Of a stretch of DNA of 64,000 bases, positions 59,810-64,000 are shown in pieces. The DNA lies in NCBI RefSeq assembly GCF_963921235.1, contig NC_086101.1, positions 806,001-870,000 of the forward strand, written 5' to 3'. The translations under genes were made by a program, and so were the position numbers. The stretch comes from Mobula hypostoma. Its lineage: Eukaryota. Position 1 is the first letter of the stretch. Each line of letters opens with the position of its first letter. Under the pieces are notes generated by a model. The model saw nothing but the letters and a program-made list of their open reading frames with translations. It searched no databases and was not told the DNA's origin.

Positions 59810-61922
59810 GTATAAACAATATTCATTAATCTCCTAATAATAAAAAAGGAGTAACGATTTTTAATAAATGCAGTCTGATCAACAGAAATAATTTGAGGCA
59901 ATACATTCTCCAATCTCGTTGCCAATATTTTAGAAAAAATCTTAGAATCCACATTCGGCAAAGATATAGGCCTATAAGATGCACATTTAGTAGGAGCTTA
60001 TCTTTTTTAAGAATTAGGGAAATAGAAGCTCGATAAGAAGATTAAGGTAATTTAACTATAGACACTGCATCCCTAAAGGTTCTATATAACCAAGGAGAAA
60101 GTATAGTAGAGAAGGATTTTTTATAATTCTACTGTATAACCATCTGGACCAGGTGCTTTTCCTGAATTCATTGAAGAAATAGCATTTTTTATTTCTTCTA
60201 CCGTAATAGGTACATCTAGTTTTAAACGCTCATTGGTGGTAATTTTGGAATATTCAATTTCTTTAAAAATTTGTGCATTAAAGTGGAGTCATCAGGAAAT
60301 TCTGATTGGTATAAAGAGGTATAAAATTCTTGAAAGGATTTGCTTATCTCATCATGATCAACTGTCAGAGTACCATCATTTTTACGAATCTTAACGATCT
60401 GGCGTTTAACTGAAGCCGATTTCAGTTGATTAGCCGGTAGTCTCCCAGTTTTATCACCTCCTCCCGTGGAGGGTCAGGCACCCTGAGCCAATAGACTGGT
60501 CCTAGACTTGTTTTCCATCTGGCATAGTTTTGCATTTTGTTGTTTGATTGTTGGGGTTTTTTGTATTGCTATATTTACGCTATTTATTTGCTATATTGCT
60601 CTATTCTTGGTTGGTGCGGCTGTAACGAAACCAAATTTCCCTCGGGTTTAATAAAGTATATCTATCTATCTATATAGAATTGACTCCTAGTTTTAATTAA
60701 CTGATTTTCAATCGAAGATGATAGTAATAGACTTCCTGTAGATTTCTTTGATCTTGTCAACCAGCTTAAGTATTTCCTCATTAGTTCGCTTTGTTGGGGT
60801 AAACTTAACCTTATGAGTTAAAGCAAACTCATCTGCTAATCTAGCAGACTCCTGCAAAGTGGCAGCATCCTTTTCATCTAAGTACGTCTTTATGTCATCA
60901 GGGACGCACCTTTTGAATTCTTCAATTAAAACCAACTCTTTCAAGCTGTAAAATCATCATTTACATTTTCAGTTGTGCACCAGCGGTCAAAACACACAAA
61001 CTTCTCATAAGCAAATTCCATATGTCTGGTTCACCGATTTCCTCAAATTTCTAAACTTTTGCCTCTATGCTTCTGGGACCAACTCGTGAACTTTGAGCAC
61101 AGCCTGTTTCACTATGTCATAATCAGCTGCTTCATCAACTGTCAAAGCAGAATACGCTTGCTTAATTACACTTCCCCTTAATTACACTTTGTAAGAGAAT
61201 AGGCCAACCCTCTTTTGGTCACTTTAAACTCTGAGCAACCTTCTCAAAATGCTTTAAGTATTTATCAACCTCTGCCTCATCAAATAGAGGTACTAATTTA
61301 ACTTCCCGACTGGCCTCAAGCTTATCACCAGAGTCTAACGCCAGACCCCTTTGTTGCAATCTCGCTATTGTTTCCAGCTCGAACAGCCTGTCTTTCTGCT
61401 TCCTCCCTCTGTTTTTCTGCCTCTCTAGCCTCAAACTGCCTCTGCCTTTCTGCAGCCTCCATCTTTAATTTTTCTAACTTGTATGGGAGCTCAAGCTCAC
61501 TAGGTTTACTTTCAGGAAACACCTCCAACTCCTCCACTTTAAACACACCCTCTGATACATAACGCTCAACTATTATCCTCTGCAACTGTGTCCTGTTCAT
61601 TGTCGATTTCACCTTAGCAAGTTGTAACCTTTTAGCAATAGTCAACAACTCAATACTGCTGGTGTCCTCTCATGCCTCAGAGGTTGGCACTTCCAGAAAT
61701 CTATCAACATCCATTGCTGCTCACTTTCCACACACAAATAAATCAAAAGAGATTTCCCCAATGAAATCGATAATTAATCAATCAATACACCCCCAAATTT
61801 GTTCATATTCCGGATGCAGGCCCCAATTTTGTTACGAACCGTAATGTTTTGGAAACGAACCAGCAGCAATAAACTACAGCTGAAGTCTGGATTTGATTTT
61901 GAACCACTACCTTTATTAGTAT

Positions 61923-63540
61923 AGAACGTAGAACCTGGAATAGTACAGCACAGTACAGGCCCTTCGGCCCACAATGTTGTGCCGACCCTCAAACCCTGCC
62001 TCCCATATAAGCCCCCACCTTAAATTCCTCCATATACCTGTCTAGTAGTCTCTTAAACTTCACTAGAGTATCTGCCTCCACCACTGACTCAGGCAGTGCA
62101 TTCCACGCACCAGCCACTCTCTGAGTAAAAAAACCATCCTCTAATATCCCCCTTGAACTTCTCACCCCTTACCTTAAAGCCATGTCCTCTTGTATTGAGC
62201 AGTGGTGCCCTGGGGAAGAGGCATTGGCTATCCACTCTATCTATTCCTCTTATTATCTTGTACACCTCTATCATGTCTCCTCTCATCCTCCTTCTCTCCA
62301 AAGAGTAAAGCCCTAGCTCCCTTAATCTCTGATCATAATGCATACTTTCTAAACCAGGCAGCATCCTGGTAAATCTCCTCTGTACCCTTTCCAATGCTTC
62401 CACATCCTTCCTATAGTGAGGTGACCAGAACTGGACACAGTACTCCAAGTGTGGCCTAACCAGAGTTTTATAGAGCTGCATCATTACATCGCGACTCTTA
62501 AACTCTATCCCTCAACTTATGAAAGCTAACACCCCATAAGCTTAAACAACAGGAATTCTGCAGATGCTGGAAATTCAAGCAACACACATCAAAGTTGCTG
62601 GTGAACGCAGCAGGCCAGGCAGCATCTGTAGGAAGAGGTGCAGTCGACGTTTCAGGCCGAGACCCTTCGTCAGGACTAACTGAAGGAAGAGTGAGTAAGG
62701 GATTTGAAAGTTGGAGGGGGAGGGGGAGATGCAAAATGATAGGAGAAGACAGGAGGGGGAGGGATAGAGCCGAGAGCTGGACAGGTGATAGGCAAAAGGG
62801 GATACGAGAGGATCATGGGACAGGAGGTCTGGGAAGAAAGACAAGGGGGGGGGGACCCAGAGGATGGGCAAGAGGTATATTCAGAGGGACAGAGGGAGAA
62901 AAAGGAGAGTGAGAAAAAGAATGTGTGCATAAAAATAAGTAACAGATGGGGTACAAGGGGGAGGTGGGGCCTTAGCGGAAGTTAGAGAAAAGTCGATGTT
63001 CATGCCATCAGGTTGGAGGCTACCCAGACGGAATATAAGGTGTTGTTCCTCCAACCTGAGTGTGGCTTCATCTTTACAGTAGAGGAGGCCGTGGATAGAC
63101 ATGTCAGAATGGGAATGGGATGTGGAATTAAAATGTGTGGCCACTGGGAGATCCTGCTTTCTCTGGCGGACAGAGCGTAGATGTTCAGCAAAGCGGTCTC
63201 CCAGTCTGTGTCGGGTCTCGCCAATATCGCTTTCATAAGCTTTCTTAACTACCCTATCCACCCACCTGTGAGGCAACTTTCAGGGATCTGTAGACATGTA
63301 CCCCGAGATCCCTCTGCTCCTCCACACTACCAAGTATCCTGCCATTTACTTTGTACTCTGCCTTGGAGTTTGTCCTTCCAAAGTGTACCACCTCACACTT
63401 GCCCGGGTTAAACTCCATCTGCCACTTCTCAGCCCACTTCTGCATCCTATCAATGTCTCTCTGCAATCTTTGACAATCCTCAACACTATCTACAACACCA
63501 CCAACCTTTGTGTCGTCTGCAAACTTGCCAACCCACCCTT
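61923..63540 (-). mobile_element. CR1 3' part inserted in the Gmr1-like LTR
   Basis: ORFs 63254-63466 and 62089-62484 (RPHLEYCVQFWSP); CR1 tail near 61923. Confidence 0.9.
62544..63233 (-). mobile_element. Penelope-like 3' part (GIY-YIG C-terminus and pLTR, intact hammerhead motif 62642-62677)
   Basis: IGETRHRLGDRFAEH...RLGSLQPDGMN; 9-bp direct repeat CATAAGCTT (62535-62543, 63234-63242). Confidence 0.9.
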
Positions 63541-64000
63541 ATCTATTTATAATACAGTAACTTAAGCAAGATAAACAAAAGTTAACAGTGTTATGTGTAT
63601 ATGTGTGTAAATATAACTCCCAAACTATTGAGCTTGGGGGAAACAAGGCTTAGAGTCTTGAGATGGTAAAGTATTAAAGTTCAGTTCATCCACGGAATAG
63701 GGGATGAGAGAGAAATATTTGTAATCCAGGCTAAATGTCAAGAGAAGGCAATTGTGTCGAATTCCACAGGTTCCACGGTGGTAGAACAGGAGAACAGTCG
63801 CTGTAGATTTTATCTGTCGTCGTTCCAAATCCACATACGAATTATCACCGGAAGTGACTTGTCACAAGGGGTATCGTCTTCAAGTGAATTACCACACCAC
63901 ACCCAGGCAAGGGTTAACACATAAGTGGACTTCACAGGATACCCCAAATTCGATCCACTCCTATGGATCACACGAGGTGACAACCACACATTCGATGTAC

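Larger units (their letters stand above)
56036..60790 (-). mobile_element. L1 LINE (5'-truncated ORF2) inserted in the Gmr1-like gag
   Basis: KAPGPDG, NVDSKIFSKILATRL, LSLYADDLLLYIS, GGLALPNLRFYYWA and CDRC...HMFWSC; A-rich 3' end near 56040. Confidence 0.9.
54920..64000 (-). mobile_element. Gmr1-like Gypsy element with SCAN-containing gag, fragmented
   Basis: LTR pieces at about 63540-64000 and 61830-61922 (ends CGTAACA), then a degenerate PBS. Gag at 60790-61710 (VPLFDEAEVDKY, ELVPEAYRQKFR, KELVLIEEFK...ARLADEF). Knuckle, protease and integrase N-terminus at 54920-56040. Confidence 0.85.

Overview
Eukaryotic (vertebrate) genomic DNA, not prokaryotic. The repeat repertoire suggests a cartilaginous fish, probably a ray; that assignment is inference. 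The window is part of a tandem C2H2 zinc-finger (ZNF) gene cluster buried in nested transposable elements. It holds two apparently intact paralogous ZNF genes on the + strand. Each has a CpG-rich promoter with paired GCGCATGCGC (NRF1-type) sites, a short non-coding exon 1, a TE-filled intron, and a terminal exon with a decayed-finger leader followed by a fingers-only ORF (13 and 20 finger repeats, no KRAB/SCAN/BTB visible). There are also a ZNF pseudogene and two ZNF remnants. Almost everything else is TE-derived: many CR1 LINEs (two with long uninterrupted RT ORFs), L1/Tx1-type LINEs, Rex1/Babar-type LINEs, Penelope-like elements (RT + GIY-YIG), a PNMA-gag Gypsy with a tRNA-Pro primer binding site, a SCAN-gag Gmr1-like Gypsy, five solo LTRs, a Tc1 remnant, a non-autonomous hAT and a tRNA-derived SINE. 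Highlights: about 11 copies of a minimal type I hammerhead ribozyme motif in Penelope terminal repeats, two of which form TSD-flanked foldback insertions; ZNF proteins that start at Met codons created inside finger linkers, behind a 14-codon uORF kept in all three paralogues; a zinc finger split by a 7.4 kb nested insertion that supplies the stop codon; and a SCAN-bearing retrotransposon next to SCAN-less ZNF genes. All calls were made by eye, and boundaries without TSD support are approximate.
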